From Lama glama (taxonomy: Eukaryota), in contig CM052818.1 of the NCBI GenBank assembly GCA_028534125.1, positions 33,420,001-33,484,000 on the forward strand: DNA of 64,000 bases, written 5' to 3'. Made by a program: the position numbers and the translations under genes. Under the pieces are notes generated by a model. That model was not told where the DNA came from. It was given only the letters and a program-made list of their open reading frames with translations, and searched no databases. This document shows positions 13,289 to 26,929 of this stretch, piece after piece (position 1 is the first letter of the stretch; every line of letters starts with the position of its first letter).

Positions 13289-13460
13289 TTAAAAAAAAAA
13301 AAAGTTTCTTCTTTATAGCACAGGGAACTATATTCAATATCTTGTAGTAATCTTTAATGAAAAAGAATATGAAAATGAATATATGTATGTATATGCATGA
13401 CTGGGTCATTGTGCTGTATGCCAGAAATTGACACATTGCAACTGATTATACAATAAGAAA
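13289..13460 (+). mobile_element. Short 5'-truncated young L1 with TSD
   Basis: tatagcacagggaactatattcaatatcttgta...; 15-bp TSD aaagtgtatgctctc (13274-13288) / aaagtctatgctctc (13461-13475), one mismatch. Confidence 0.85.
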
Positions 13461-15213
13461 AAAGTCTATGCTCTCACATAAATCAATAGATAAATAAATA
13501 AATATACTCTCATAATACCTGTCAATATTGAAGATGTGTCTTGCAAATTTTAAGGGCAATTCCAAAAAAGAAATTATAAACATATATTTCTTATCCCTTC
13601 CATCACAGTGTTGTGTGTGTTCCCTCTTGCATCATCTTAGCTCAAAGTTCCTTCTTTCCCATCTAGATTTTTACAGCAATCCTCAGTTCTGGTCCCCAAT
13701 TTCTTCTTAACCTATTATACTGACTACATACACTGCTGTTAGATGACTCTCAAAGTATCATTTCCTTCAATGGCTCTTAACCTAGCATTCAATGTACTCC
13801 ACAATCTTACCCCAATTTATCTTTCTAACCTTTTCTAGCTCTTCTTCATAGTAATTTACTCTTCAGGAAACCTGTCAGTACCTCCTTCTACAATATATTA
13901 TACATATTTGTTTATGTCAGTCCCCTTGTTGAAATACTCGCAGCCATACTCCCCACTTCTGTTCCACTCTTTGTGTATGAATACACTACAAAGTCACTTC
14001 TGACAATCTTCTTGAAACTTCTGGAGCACTCAGCCTCTAACATTTCTTTGGCATTTAGCATGTGCTATCCTGCACTGGGCAGATTTAACACAGGACAGGT
14101 CTATAGGGGTATTTCTGCCTTGTTTTCTCCAGGTAAGACTTTCAGCTTCAATATGGGGTGAATTTGTAACATAAAGCATCTAAAGGGACCATCTTTAAAC
14201 AACATTTAAAAAAAACAATCAACCAAAGTAACAGTTTACGTGTAATTATTAAAAGTTTTGCAACAAAACCATCCTACTCTTTCTAACCATATTTTTACAG
14301 CTGTGTTCCCAAATTTAAGATAATTCTTTAGATTTGGGTTAATACTTCCTGTCTAATACTTCCCTTTTAAAAAAGGGAGGGGAGGCAACATTTCAAAGCA
14401 AGTCCTCAAACTTCTAATTAGAAAACTTTGATGAGACAAAAAAAATGCCCAAACAAACAAAACTAAGAACATAGTTTTTGAACAATATTAAAATCTCTTA
14501 TAGCATAGACTTCACAGCAAAATCGAACATGAGAAGGGAAAGAAAGAGACATTTCGTCTGGTCAGACCTTTTAAACAGAACAGCACATGTTTTTCTCTAC
14601 CAGCCATTCAAACACAATTTTTATATAAACCGCATGTGCTCTGACAAGTACCATCACCCTTCTCTCGGCTTTAAATCCAGAAACATTCTACTTCAACTAC
14701 GAACTTTTGGGTCTTACTCAATAAAGGACACTTAATCTGGTCTTTACCCTTCTGATAATAATACTGAGATAATGCAGATACAAGTCCAAATTTGCCACTT
14801 TCACTTCTATACAAAAAAAGGCCTCTTGAAGAGCCAAGAAAACATTCCCCTAAAAAGTCCTGTGATGAAGTGTTAGTAAACATTAGAAAATTGATTGCAG
14901 GCATGAAATATCAAGTTAAAACAAAGAGAATGTTTTCAACATGTCTCTTTAAACTGAAGTAAAAATATTTTAACCAATATGCTAGAGACTTTCATTAATT
15001 CAAAATAGCCTGAAAGTAAAACTGCAAGGGAAAAAAAACTCTATAAACTATTTTGGCACACAAAGAGTTGTACTTATTTCACAGGGCAGAGAAAAAAGGG
15101 GTGGAAAAAAAATCCATATGCTTGGCAAACTTATCTGTTAAGCAACTGTCAAAAGCTAACTTTATTTTCCTTTCAACAAATGAAGATCGTCCAAACGCGC
15201 CTGCAGTACTCAC

Positions 15214-15308
15214 ATGCAGAGCCGAGGGGTCTGGCAGGAACTCAGCATCTTCTCCAAAGATAAAATCAGGAGGCAGTTCTGGGTACTGGGCATTGAAAAT
15301 GATATCCC
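15214..15308 (-). CDS. BABAM2: BABAM2 internal coding exon, 95 nt (exon 4 in human numbering as recalled)
   Basis: Minus strand reads (T)GG-GAT-ATC...=[32 protein letters not shown]. Acceptor ttttcttttatttcag, donor CAT|gtgagt. The split TGG (Trp) codon joins in frame with the 52550-52626 exon. Confidence 0.97.
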
Positions 15309-15704
15309 CTGAAATAAAAGAAAATGTCAGGCCCTTCTTATTTCCTTGCTAATATATGAATAATCTGAGGAGTACATCAGAAAAACTTCTAAAAGAAGTT
15401 TATGTTAGTTTAACAAAAAGTTCAAAAAGCACTTTCTGAATGATTAATTCTTCAAACAAAAGAACTGATATCTTCTTTTAAATTAACATCCACAACATGC
15501 AATCAAAAAGTGTTATCTTCGAATACACGATAAATATAAGTATCCAAGTAGAAAAGTAGACACAACAAAATCCAAAGTACACGCAGCTTTTTACAATAGG
15601 AAGCATTACTGTCCACTCACTGCCTGCTAATTAATAAGCCTTTATCAAGGACTAGGTCTCTAAAGATACAGCCCTTGTCTCGAAGAAATTAAACAGACCG
15701 ACCT

Positions 15705-15960
15705 TCGGTATAATGAAAAGAATGTTTGGCTGGGGGTCCAAAAAGTCAGGTTTATATCCAAGAGATCCCCTATTTATTTATTAGCTCAAGTCACGTTGGG
15801 CAAGTTTTAACTTCCTTAGAGTTCAGTTTCTTCATCAGGAAAAAGGAGATATAACAGTACTGACATCACAGCTTTGTTGTGAGGATAAAAAGAGGCAGCA
15901 TGCCAGAAAGGTGTCTGGCGAATTGTAAGCACTCAGGAGGTCATACAGAGTACTGCTGTT
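15705..15960 (+). mobile_element. MIR SINE
   Basis: MIR core ttgggcaagttttaacttccttagagttcagtttcttcatc...ttgttgtgaggataaaa. Confidence 0.7.
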
Positions 15961-16249
15961 GTTATTACTGGCATTATACTGAAGCATAAGACAAATTACA
16001 AAAGCTCCTTAGCACATTTGTGCTATAAATTCTTCTACCTCTCTGTTCTCCTCCTTTCTCCCTCTTTAGCTCCCTTTTACGTCCTCTGCTCACCCCAAGA
16101 CTCGGTCTTCATCATTCTGCTAATACCAATAGGCAGACTAGTATATCCACAGTCTAACACACATATGGGGCTCTGGCGTATGAGTGTGTAAACTTGTACA
16201 CACGCACACGTCTGCACCCATACACACACCATAGTGTTATATCAGTCCA

Positions 16250-17230
16250 ATCATTTCTACTGCTCAAATAATATCTTCATAGTGACATCCAAATTTAAAC
16301 ATTCAGACTGCAGTTCTCATTTGAGCCTTTCTATCACTATGTACTATGTATTTCAGTTTCAAACACAGCAAGTCTAAAAACATTCTCATGATTGTCCCTT
16401 TTCTCACTCCTCTCTTCCCCTGACTGACCTCCCTTTATCTAGGGAAGGCACTGCTATCCCTTAGTCACCCATGCTGAAACTTTAATGTCATCTTTGACCT
16501 TACCCGTACTCTTTACACTCATGAAACAAGTCATCTCAATTTTTCCTCCAAAGTGTTTCTCACATGAATACTTCCTGCTGTGATCAGCTCAACTCAGGCC
16601 CCGCTTAGACCATACACTGATGCATCCAAAGAAGAAAAAAAAAATTTTAATGGAGGTGCTGGGGATTGAACCCAGGACCTCATGCATGCTAAGCTTGCAC
16701 TCTACCACCAAGCTATTTCCCTCCCTACAAAGAACAAATATTTGAACTCTGCTCTAGGCACTGTTAGGCATGAAAAATCAAACAAAGAACTCTGTTCTTA
16801 AAGAGTACAACAGACTAGAAGAATTATTACCATACCCTCTTAACTGGTCTCCCAATACCAGTCTCCCTCTAGCCCATAATACAAACTATCATGAAGTAAA
16901 TCTTCTAAAGTACTGCTTTGCCCCAAAACATCCTAGCTCAAAAAGTTTAAATGGTTCTCTAATGTCAAATGGAGTAAAAGTAAACTTTTCAAATTGGTAT
17001 GTAAGGCCTCCAAAATACAGTGTTGCTGCTCATTGACCCACCCTTCTTTCTATCTACAAGCCGATACCAATTTTCTATTCCAGTCAATACAATCAGCTCG
17101 CTGACCTCCAAACTATGACACCTAGCTGAAATGCTCTTTCCCCTTGCTCAATTCTTACCTATCCTTTATGAGCCCTCTTACTTACTTATTTCTCTTGCAT
17201 GAAGCCTTGCCTAATAAATCCAGTACACAC
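16250..17230 (+). mobile_element. L2 fragments (interrupted by SINE)
   Basis: Pyrimidine-rich L2 body motifs (cttagtcacccatgctgaaac..tgtcatctttgac; taactggtctccc; ctagctgaaatgctctttccc). Confidence 0.55.
16645..16725 (-). mobile_element. tRNA-Ala-derived SINE (camelid Vic-1 type)
   Basis: Reverse complement gggagggaaatagcttggtggtagagtgcaagcttagcatgcatgaggtcctgggttcaatccccagcacctcc with A and B boxes; degenerate TSD caaagaa..aaa. Confidence 0.85.
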
Positions 17231-19076
17231 TGATCATTGTTACTTTTGAAATTTAACAATACTGATTGTTTATGCCATTCACTGAGCATTTAACTGTAGT
17301 CTTATATTGGTTTTGTTTTTCCATTAATTTTTAAAATTCCTAATAAACTCATGGTACAAGAGAGGCACTGTGATACACACCATGTCAATACAAAGGCAGT
17401 TATCCTCAAGGAGCTTACATTTAGTGAGGGAGACAGAATTTATACACAGAACCACTAACACACAGCAGTACAAAGTAAGTACATATTCCTGAGCTTCCCA
17501 AATACCTTGTAAACATTCAGAGAATAAGCGTGCTCTCTTAGCTATTTCATGTCTCTGACAGGGCAAAGTACAATACATATAGAATATATTCAAGAAATGC
17601 TCAACATATGAAAGAAATTCTCTGAACTGGATATCGAACTACTGGTAAAATCTATGGTAAAGAATAAAGTATGAAGAGTTACTTCCATCACTTTCTGTAG
17701 GGAAAAAATATGAGCAATAAAATATACCCTTCAGAAGTTGGGTGTGGAATTAAATTACCAAAACAGTATAATCACTACCTCTCCTTCACCCTACTCACTA
17801 TCATCATCTCTGGTTTTCAACTATGTCTGCTACAGTTTACTAACTTTTTTCAAATGTACTAACTATAAACCATTAACCCAAGCCAAGACTAAGAGGTGCT
17901 AGCAAAGACAATATGAATGTCCTGATTACTCATTCTTATTCAACTATACTCAGCACGCACAATTCCTCAGGAGAATATTTACATTAAAGATGTGTTTTTT
18001 AAAGTCTTACAGTTGACTTACTTTAGTGAGTTTTAGAAAAAAAATTCCTAAGTTAACAGAACAGAGGCATTCAAGTTTTGGAAAAAGCCAAGATAGAAAC
18101 TATTGTGCCTTGATCAAAAATTAATAGCATGCTAAATTCCAATAGAAGAAATTTTATTACTTTGTTACTACTAAAGGAGGACACAAAGCTGGATTTTCAA
18201 TTTCTCAAAGGAGCATTGTCAGTAATACATATTTCCAAACCACTAAACATTAGAAATCTGATCCAAGGATATCCACTCTTGCCAATTCTATTCAACATTG
18301 TACAGGAGGTTCTAGCCAGGGCAATTAGGCAAGAAAAAGAAATGAATGGCATCTAGATTGGAAAGAAAAAGTAAACTTATCTCTATTCACAGATGACATG
18401 ATCTTGCATATAGAAAACCCTAAGGAATTCACACACACACAAAAATTCTATGAGAATTAATAAACAAGTTTCACAAGGTTGCAAGATACAAGAGAGATGT
18501 ACAAAATCAACTGCTTTTCTATACACTACCAATGAACAATTCAAACATGAAGTTAAGAAAACAATTTAATTTACAACACCAAAAGAATAAAATACTTAGA
18601 AATAAACTTAGTAAGAGAAGTTTTAAGACTTGCACGGTGAAAACTACAAAACATTATTGAAAGACATTAAAGAAGGCCTACATATATGGGAAGACATCTC
18701 ACGTTCATAGATCAATAGACTTAATATTGTTAAAATGGCAATACTACTGAAATTAATCTACAGATTTCATGCAATCCCTGCTGGCTTTTTTGGCAGAAAC
18801 TGACAAACCAATCCTAAAAGTTACATGGAAATGCAAGGGGTCCAGCATGGCCAAAAAGTAATCCTGACAAAGAGCAAAGCTGAAAGACTCAAACTTCCCA
18901 ATTTCAAAACTTATCACAAAGCCACAGTCATTGAGACAGTGTGGTACTGAAACAAGGACAGACATACAGATCAATGGAATAGAATTCAGAGTCTGGAAAT
19001 AAACTTTCATATTTATAGTCAACTGATTTTTGGCAAGGGTGCCAAGATAATTCAAAGCAGCAAAGAAGAGTTTTTC

Positions 19077-19800
19077 ATTATTACACATCCATTAGGAAGA
19101 CTACTAAAAAAGACAGAAAGAGACCAAAACAAGTGTTGGCGAGGCTGTGGAGAAATTGGAACCCCCGTGCACCACTGGTGGGAATATAAAAGAATGCAGC
19201 TGCTATGGAAAGCAATGTGGCAGTACCTCAAACATTTAAAAATAGAATTACCTTATGATCCAGCAATTACACTCTCGGTATATACTCAAAAGAAGTGAAA
19301 TCAGTGTTAGCGTCTCAAAGAAATATTTTTATACCCAGATTCACAGCAGTATTATTCACAATGGACTAATGGAAACTAACCAAGTGTCTGCTGACAGATG
19401 AATGGATAAACAAAATGTAGTATACATATACAATGGAATAATAATCAGCTTTAAAAAAGGACATTCTGACACATGGTATAATAGGGATGAACCTTGAGGA
19501 CATTATGGTAATATAAGCCAGACATAAGAAGACAAATACTGTACAAGTTCACTTATATGAGGTATGCAGAGTAGTCAAATTCATCGAGGCAGAAAGGAGA
19601 TTGGTGGTTGGCAGGAGCTGGGGGAAGGGAGTAATGGGGAGTTGTTGTTTAATGGGTACAGAATTTCAGTTTCACAAGATGAAAAGAGCTATGGAGATTG
19701 CACAATATAAATGTAGTTAACATTACTGAAATGTGTATACTTAAAAACTATTAAGACAGTAAATTTTGTGTTATTTTACACAATTTAAAAAACTTCAAGT
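19077..19800 (+). mobile_element. Nested L1 3' end (L1MA/early L1MB-like)
   Basis: Independent complete L1 3' end (caagtgttggcgaggctgtggagaaattggaaccc...tgtgttattttacacaatttaaaaa) interrupting the host L1. Confidence 0.8.
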
Positions 19801-19809
19801 AAAAGAGTC

Positions 19810-20165
19810 TGCTATAGACTGAATGTTTGTGTTCCTTTAAAATTCATGTTGATAACTAATCCCCAGTGTGATGGTATTTTGAGGTGGGCTTTTGGTAGGT
19901 GATTAAGTCGTAAGGGCAGAGCCCTCATGAATGGGATTAGTGCCCTCATAAAAGAAACCCAAGAGAACCCCTTTGCCCGCTTCTGCCATGTGAGGTTACA
20001 ATGAAAAGGCAGACTGTCTATGAATCAGGAAGAAGACCCTACCCACTGAACCTGCCAGCACTTTGATTCAGAGTTCCCAGCCTCCAAAACTGTGAGAAAT
20101 AAATATTTGTTGTTTTAGCCACCCAGTGTATGGTAATTTGTTACAGCAGCCTGAAGAGACTAAGA
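19810..20165 (+). mobile_element. MaLR solo LTR (MLT1A-like)
   Basis: Starts tgctatagactgaatgtttgtgttcc, contains gccctcatgaatgggattagtgccct, ends ttgttacagcagcctgaagagactaaga. Confidence 0.85.
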
Positions 20166-22359
20166 GTCTTTCCAACAAATAGTGCTAGGACAATCAGAGA
20201 GCCACATGCAAAAGAACGAACTTGAGTCCCAACTCATACCATATACAAAAATTAACTCAAAATGGATCAAAGACCTAAGTATAAGAACAAAAGTATAAAA
20301 ATCTTCAAGGGAAACATAAGAATAAATTGTTACAACTAGGCAATGTTCTCTTAGATGTGAAATCAAAGGCAGAAGCAATAAAAGTAGGTAAACTGGACTT
20401 CATAAAAATTTAAAACTTTTGTCCTTCAAAGGACACTATCTTGAAAGTGAAAAGACAACCCACAGAATGGGAGAAAATATAGAATTTGGCAAATCCCACA
20501 TCTGATAAGGCACTTGTACCTAGAATATAAGGAACTCTTATACCGTAACAATAAAAAGGCAAATAATCCAATTTAAAAATGGGCAAAGGATTTGAATAGA
20601 CATTTCTTTAAAGAAGATAAAGAAATGGTCAATAAGCACATGAAAAGATGCTCAACATCATTAGTCACTAAGGAAATGAAAATCAAAATCAAAACCACAA
20701 TGAGATACCACTTCACACCCACTATGATGGCTACAATCAAAAAGACAAATAATGACAAGTATTGGTGAGGCTGTGGAGAAACTGGAACCCTCAAATACTG
20801 CCAGTGGGAATACAAAGTGGTGCCATCACTTAGGAAAATAGTTTGGTAGTTTCTGAAAATGCTAAACATACAGTTACCTCAACCCACCAATTCTACTTCT
20901 CGGTATATATCCAAGAAAAACAAAAACATATGTCCACACAAAAACTTGCACATGGATGTACAAACATTATTCACAATAGCCAAAAAGTAGAAACAATCCA
21001 ATGATCATCAGCTGATAAATAGATAAATAAAATGTGGTATATACATACAATAGAACATTATTCAACTATAAAAAAGTACTGACACATGATATAATGTGGA
21101 TAAAGTTTGAAAACTTCATGCTAAGTGAAAACAGCCAGACACAAAAGGCCACATATTGTATGATTATTGGGTAATACCACTTATACGAAATGTCCAGAAT
21201 ACATAAATCCACAGAGACAAAAAGTAGATTACTGGTTGCCAGGGGCCGGGAAAGGGAGGAATGGGGAGTGACTGCTAACGAGTACAAAGTTCCCTTTTGT
21301 GGAGATGAAAATGTTCTGGAATTAGTGTTGATGGTTGCATCACTCTGTGAATGTATTAAAAACCACTAAATTGTACACTTCAAAGGGTGGACTGCATGGT
21401 ATGTGAATTATATCTCAATAAAGCTCTTGTTTTTTCAATCTGATGCAAAAATTCATCCCACTTTAATCCAAACTTAAACACAAATAAATTAGGAAGTGTT
21501 TACTCAATGGCTACAAGTAAATTTATTTTTTATAAATAAAATCATCTCAAAAACGCAACTGGAGAATTCTCCATTTAAAAAAAAAACTGCAGTGAGTTCT
21601 TTTTAAAAGTAAAGAATGCTTTTATAAGATGAATACTTACAAAGACCTTTATTTTTTCAAGAAGTTTCCCAAATGGGTCCTTTTAAAGGAGAGTACTGGG
21701 GAGTGTTACTTTTTAAACTTTTTAATTGACTGAAAAATTAAGTAGTCAAAAGTATTTGAATATGTGATGAATTTTTAAGGGAAACAATGTATAGCAATTA
21801 TTATATCCTCAACGGAAAGGATCCTATTAGAGGGAAAGAGAGTAACTGTATTATACATAGTAAAAATACTATACAGGTATTTTTCAAAACAAACAAATTT
21901 AAATATCTTTCAGAATCTCACTCTTAAATTTCAGACTTTCTCAAATTCTCACCTTCAACCTCAAAGAAATCCTAAAACACTTTACCTTAATACTCTATAG
22001 CCTCTTTGGAATAAAATGTGGCATTATTTCCTTGCTTGGGAGAAGGGTCAGTAAATCAGTCAAGAACATTTATTAAAAACCTACCATGCACAGATGCACA
22101 TTCTAGACACCTGGGGAGTTATATAGGAAGTAGAAAACATAGTCCCAGACCTCAAGACAGAGATGTGGAGAAAAGACCAACACAAATCATGGAGAAGAGC
22201 AATAATATCGCATTTCCTTTATTTCACCCTGGAGAGGATGATACAAACACAGAGTACAGACTACAGGGATACCGCTTACTTCAACTTTTCATTAAAAGGA
22301 AGAGTAGGCAAGAGAACAAAGAAATAAAAATAATATCAGAGGTGATATAAGATGAGGTT

Positions 22360-22417
<58 letters not shown>

Positions 22418-22503
22418 GAAGAAAGAAAGAAAGAAAGAAAGAAAAGAAAGAAAGAAAGAAAGAAAGAAAGAAAAGAATGAAAGAAAAAAAAAAAGAAAGA
22501 AAA
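22360..22503 (+). repeat. (GAAA)n tetranucleotide microsatellite, interrupted
   Basis: Directly visible ~140-bp array. Confidence 0.97.
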
Positions 22504-23099
22504 TACCTAGAATGGCTAGAAGTGTATAAATATCTAACAGCAAAATGGCAGTTTCAAGTCCTATTTTTCACGACTCCCTGAAAATCGCTGGGTTACAACT
22601 TTCGGACCAGCGGGGCAGGAGTTCTTCTCCTTGAAAACACACATCTACAGTTCCTCAAAGAAACCAGAAGAGGTGTAAGGAAGTTTCTATTTACATGCTC
22701 ATGCCTTGGCAGCTGGCCCTCTTTAGAACATATCAGCATCAGCTCAGAAAGGACCAATCACCAGACCTGCAGAGTGAACCACATGTCTTGCTACGGAAGA
22801 AATATAGCTTGTCCACAAGCTCCTTTCCTTATTCTTACCAGCGAATAGTATCCTCATATTTTGTCTCTCTTAAAGCTTAAATAACTGCTAGGAAAACACA
22901 ATATCAAAGAAACAATTCAAATGGTAAATAACTAGAGTTTTGCCAATGATGGAAGAATTATTCCTATCAGTTGCTACATAAAGAATGATTATTTACTGAA
23001 ACTCCAACTATAAGAAGTAAGGGCCAAAAAAGAATCTTGTGGAAGTGCCAGGCTGAAGGAGATTTTCAATGGAAAAGTAGGTTTAAGAAACAGTTTTAC

Positions 23100-24020
23100 A
23101 AAGATTCTGGAGAGGTAACACATTTCCAAGAGTTAGTTCTAACTCTTGATAGCGTCTCCTTACACTGAAATAAACTCTCTCTTTCTCTGAAAATTTCATC
23201 CACTAGTTCTTAGGAATTTGTGGAACGAGTCTAATTTCATTTTAATATCATAGCTCTTCAACCATTTGCAAGCAGCTCTCTTGACCTCTCTCTCAACCCC
23301 ACCATGAGTCACCCCTTGACCAGGCTAAATACCCCAGGTTCTCTCACTAGTCCTCTTATGACTTGGTCTCCATTTCCTTTATCATCCTCTCCTCTCTCTT
23401 CTCTGCATGTATACCAGTTTGTCCTCAGTCCTCTCAGAGAGTAATACCCAGAACTAAACATAAGATTCCAGGTGTGCTCTGAAGAACACAGAATCAAGTA
23501 AAAAAAAAAAAAATCCCTGCCTTCATTTCAGATACTAAACTTCTATTAATAAATATCACTGCAGATTGGAATGGCTTTTCTGGCAGCCATATCAACGTTA
23601 ACTTATGCTTCCTATCAACTAAAAGCCCCAAAGCTTTTACATATACACTAATGCTAAGCCATATATCCCTCATTCTGAATTTGGACAGCTGGATTTCAGA
23701 AGCCATTTCAGAATTTTAGATTTATCTCTATTACATTCCAATCTGGTTAGATCTACCTCTCTATTTACAGCCCATCATAATATTGTTAGGTTCCATTCCA
23801 ATTTGGGGTAGGCACCCCCAGTTTCAAGTTATAAAGAGATTGGCTAAGCATGCTTCTAGAAAACTCTCTCTCTGGCAGCCACAGTTCAATTATCAGTACC
23901 TCTTGGGTGCAGTCATTTAAACAATAGTTATTTACCCCAAAATACTATGAACCTAAACATTAATCACAAGGATATCATAAAGAAACTTACCAAGTGCCTC
24001 AAAGATACACTCCGTTTTCC
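23100..24020 (-). mobile_element. L3/CR1 LINE fragment
   Basis: Minus strand near 23420-23480 reads HLESYV*FW......DKLVYMQRR, resembling the CR1 RT C-terminal HLEYCVQFW..DKLE.VQRR motif. Confidence 0.7.
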
Positions 24021-25389
24021 CTACAAATTCAGAGATACCATCAGTAATTCCATAGTACAGCACACTTTTTTGTCTTGAGAGGTAAAATTTCTTTTCCTAT
24101 ATTAAGGAAGAGACTATAAAGAATTAAATCTGAAAGTTGATATAATTTGCATGAAACAGGCCCTCAAAAAATATCTGTAGAAGAAAGGATGGAAGTGGAG
24201 GGGAGATTAAAATGAGATCATTCAAATTTCCCCCCTTTCCTTATAATACTTCCTTGTATCAGATCCTTCAGCCTGAGGCCACATCTACTCCTGCTTCATA
24301 TTTCTAGTATCCAAAGCTGTGCTGTGCAACAGAAATATAATACAAGCCATATGCATAGCTTTAAACTTATAGTAGCCACATGAAAAGAGTAAAAAGGGTG
24401 AGACTATTCTCAGGAAATTAAGCTACATGAGTCGTAGGTATATCAGAAGGAATTTGCTGTGCTGCTTATTCTAAGAAACTCAGACTAATTAAAAAAGGAG
24501 TATAATGTCCCATCTTCAGATGCTCTAATATGTTTTCAATGAACCTTTAACCTTGAATTTTTGTATTCTTATTTCAGCGCATAAAATAACAATATCTTAA
24601 GTCAAATGCTATGAATTAGCATTACTTTATTGAGCAATAAATATTCTACTGCACAAAATTGTAGTCTTAATGATTTTCTAATGCATATTCACAAAATGTT
24701 TCATTAATATAATTTATTACCAATTCTTTTTTAATAACTACAATGCATCTGACACCACAAAAAGAAAGTCTGCTTTTTCAACTTTTCTCTGACTTTTTTT
24801 TATAGTTTTAAAAAGTAGTTAGGAATTAAATATAATTTTTAAACAAATCAGTAATGATGACTGTCATGAAATAGTGAAACCTAATGTTAATTAATTTTGG
24901 TTAATTACATGAGGTGTCTGGTTTATATATGGTTTATACAGAGGCCCAGGCCAGGACTCTCTAAACTACTATGTATTTACATTTCATTTTCTATAAACTA
25001 AATATCATAGTGAGAGAGATTAAAAGACTGGTTTAATGTACAGATTAAGGAGCTTAGCATTTACAGAGAAGAGTAAGAGATACTGTCATTTGGAGGATAC
25101 TATGGAAAAAATCTTGAAATGTGAAGCAATACCAAAGAAATGGTAACTGACTATTCTATACTTGAAGAAGCTTAAGAAAAGAGAATGTAACTGTAAAGAT
25201 TTAGGTTGAACTGGCAGAATAAAAGAGACTTTTTTTCACATTTTCTAAAGAGATAATTTTCACTTATTAATTCACTTAATACCTCAAAAATATTAAGCAT
25301 ATGCAATACTCTAAGTCACGTCAGTAACAGAAAAAGAATTAAGAGATTCTGCTCCAATAAAGTTTGCAATCTGGAAATATGCTCTTAGA

Positions 25390-26330
25390 GGTTAAGACAT
25401 TTATAAAAATAACTATAAATGCTAATAAATTATTGATTCAGGATTGGATCAATCAATGGATACTAAAACCGTTAGACAAAAGGTTTTTCAGGAACAGGAC
25501 AGTCTCAAATATCACCCCACAGATAACACACTGCAATAGAAAAAAAGTATCTTTATAACAGAGAAATCTGGAAGATACCACTTTAATTTAACCACATAGT
25601 AAAACTTGGCAGCACCAACAACATAACAAGTGGACATCATGGACAGTGTGATGACTACACTGAGAAGGACATAACATCACCTGTTTAGAAAGCTTGACAA
25701 ACATGTTTAACCTAAAAACAATCATGAAGAGATAATCAGACAAACCAAACTGTAGAACATTCTCATGCTACAAAACAACAGGCATGGAGTCTTTAAAACC
25801 ATAGATATCATGAATGACTTAAAAAAATAGGTAAGAGAACTGTTCTAGATTAAATAAAATAAAAGAGATATGAGCAGTAAATACAGTGCATGATCTATCC
25901 CTGGATTACAAATCAGGGGATAAAAGCTAAAAGGACATTAACGGGCAACTGTAGCAATATAAATACGGACCACATATATTAGATAATATTATTGTATCAA
26001 CGTTAAATTTCTTGAGTGCAATAAAGGCATTGAGATTCTGTAGAAGAGACATGTCCTTTTCATGAGAGATATACATTGAAGTACTAGAGGTAAAACATCA
26101 GAATGTTTGCAACTTACTTCGAAATGGTTCTGCAAAAAGATTTAGACATATAGATATAAATACACATCTACATCTGCATACATATGCACATATGCGTGTG
26201 AATAGAGAGAGTGAGAAATAAATACGGCAAAATGTTAACAACTGACAAATCAGATAAAGGGCTTACAGATGTTTATTGTACGATTCTTTTAAAAATTTTA
26301 GAGGATAGATGTTATGTTTAAAAATAACAA
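25390..26330 (+). mobile_element. Old L1 3' region (L1MC/L1ME-like)
   Basis: gagaaatctggaagataccactttaa, ataatattattgtatcaacgttaaatttcttgag, ggcaaaatgttaacaactg. Confidence 0.75.
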
Positions 26331-26709
26331 CTTGACAGAAAAAAAACAGTTCCAGGTAAAAACTGATTAGTGTCACAATAAACAGACAACATGCCCTGGA
26401 AATTGTGAAAATGTCAGAACTGGTAAGGAATATAAGAGACAGCTTCACCAAAGAAGTGGCCCTTAAGCTGGATGTTAGATAACAAAAACAATTTTGAAAG
26501 AAAAAATTTTACAAAATACATTAACACATTCTTCCATAAAAAATGAAACAGTGTAGAATATATACAAAAAATTAAAGAAGGAAAGGATTTAGAAATGAGG
26601 CTATGAAGGGAACAGCATGAGCAGAAGCAGAGTCGCAGGAAACCCAAAGCACATCCAGCTGCATCGTGCCCCACCCACAGCCCACCTGTACCTCTGAGCT
26701 CCCGTACAC

Positions 26710-26915
26710 CAGAGGTTCTCAACCTCAGGCCCACTGACACTTTGGGCCAGATAATTCTTTGTTGTACAGACCACTCGATGAGTTACAGGATGTTTAGCAG
26801 TATCCCTGGCCTCGACCCAGTAGAGCCCAGCCAGTAACACTCTCTTCCTTCCTCAGTAGTGACAACCGCAAACATCCCCAGATATTGCCAAGTGGTCTCA
26901 GGGAGCAAGACAACC
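26710..26915 (+). mobile_element. MER20 hAT-Charlie MITE, 3'-truncated
   Basis: cagaggttctcaacct..cactgacactttgggccagataattctttgttgt..aggatgtttagcagtatccctggcctc. Confidence 0.85.
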
Positions 26916-26929
26916 TCTCCACCCCAAAC

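Larger units (their letters stand above)
18262..21430 (+). mobile_element. L1 (L1MB-like) ORF2 RT-to-3' end, host of nested insertions
   Basis: RT motifs [26 protein letters not shown] and tattcacagatgacatgatc (F.DDMI); 3' end ggtatgtgaattatatctcaataaagct. Confidence 0.9.

Noticed and set aside
15214..15216. His at the last codon of the exon where I recall Gln in human
   Set aside because: I recall His in mouse too, so likely ordinary orthologue variation.
15053..15352. Plus-strand 99-aa ORF over the BABAM2 exon
   Set aside because: Antisense shadow of the real minus-strand exon; no recognisable protein.
16652..16725. tRNA-Ala gene-like sequences (also 38065-38140)
   Set aside because: SINE heads: mismatched stems, AT-rich tails and TSDs rather than intact tRNA genes.
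9905..21430. Similarity between the L1s at 9905-11735 and 18262-21430 suggesting a segmental duplication
   Set aside because: Flanks are unrelated; explained by independent insertions of related subfamilies.
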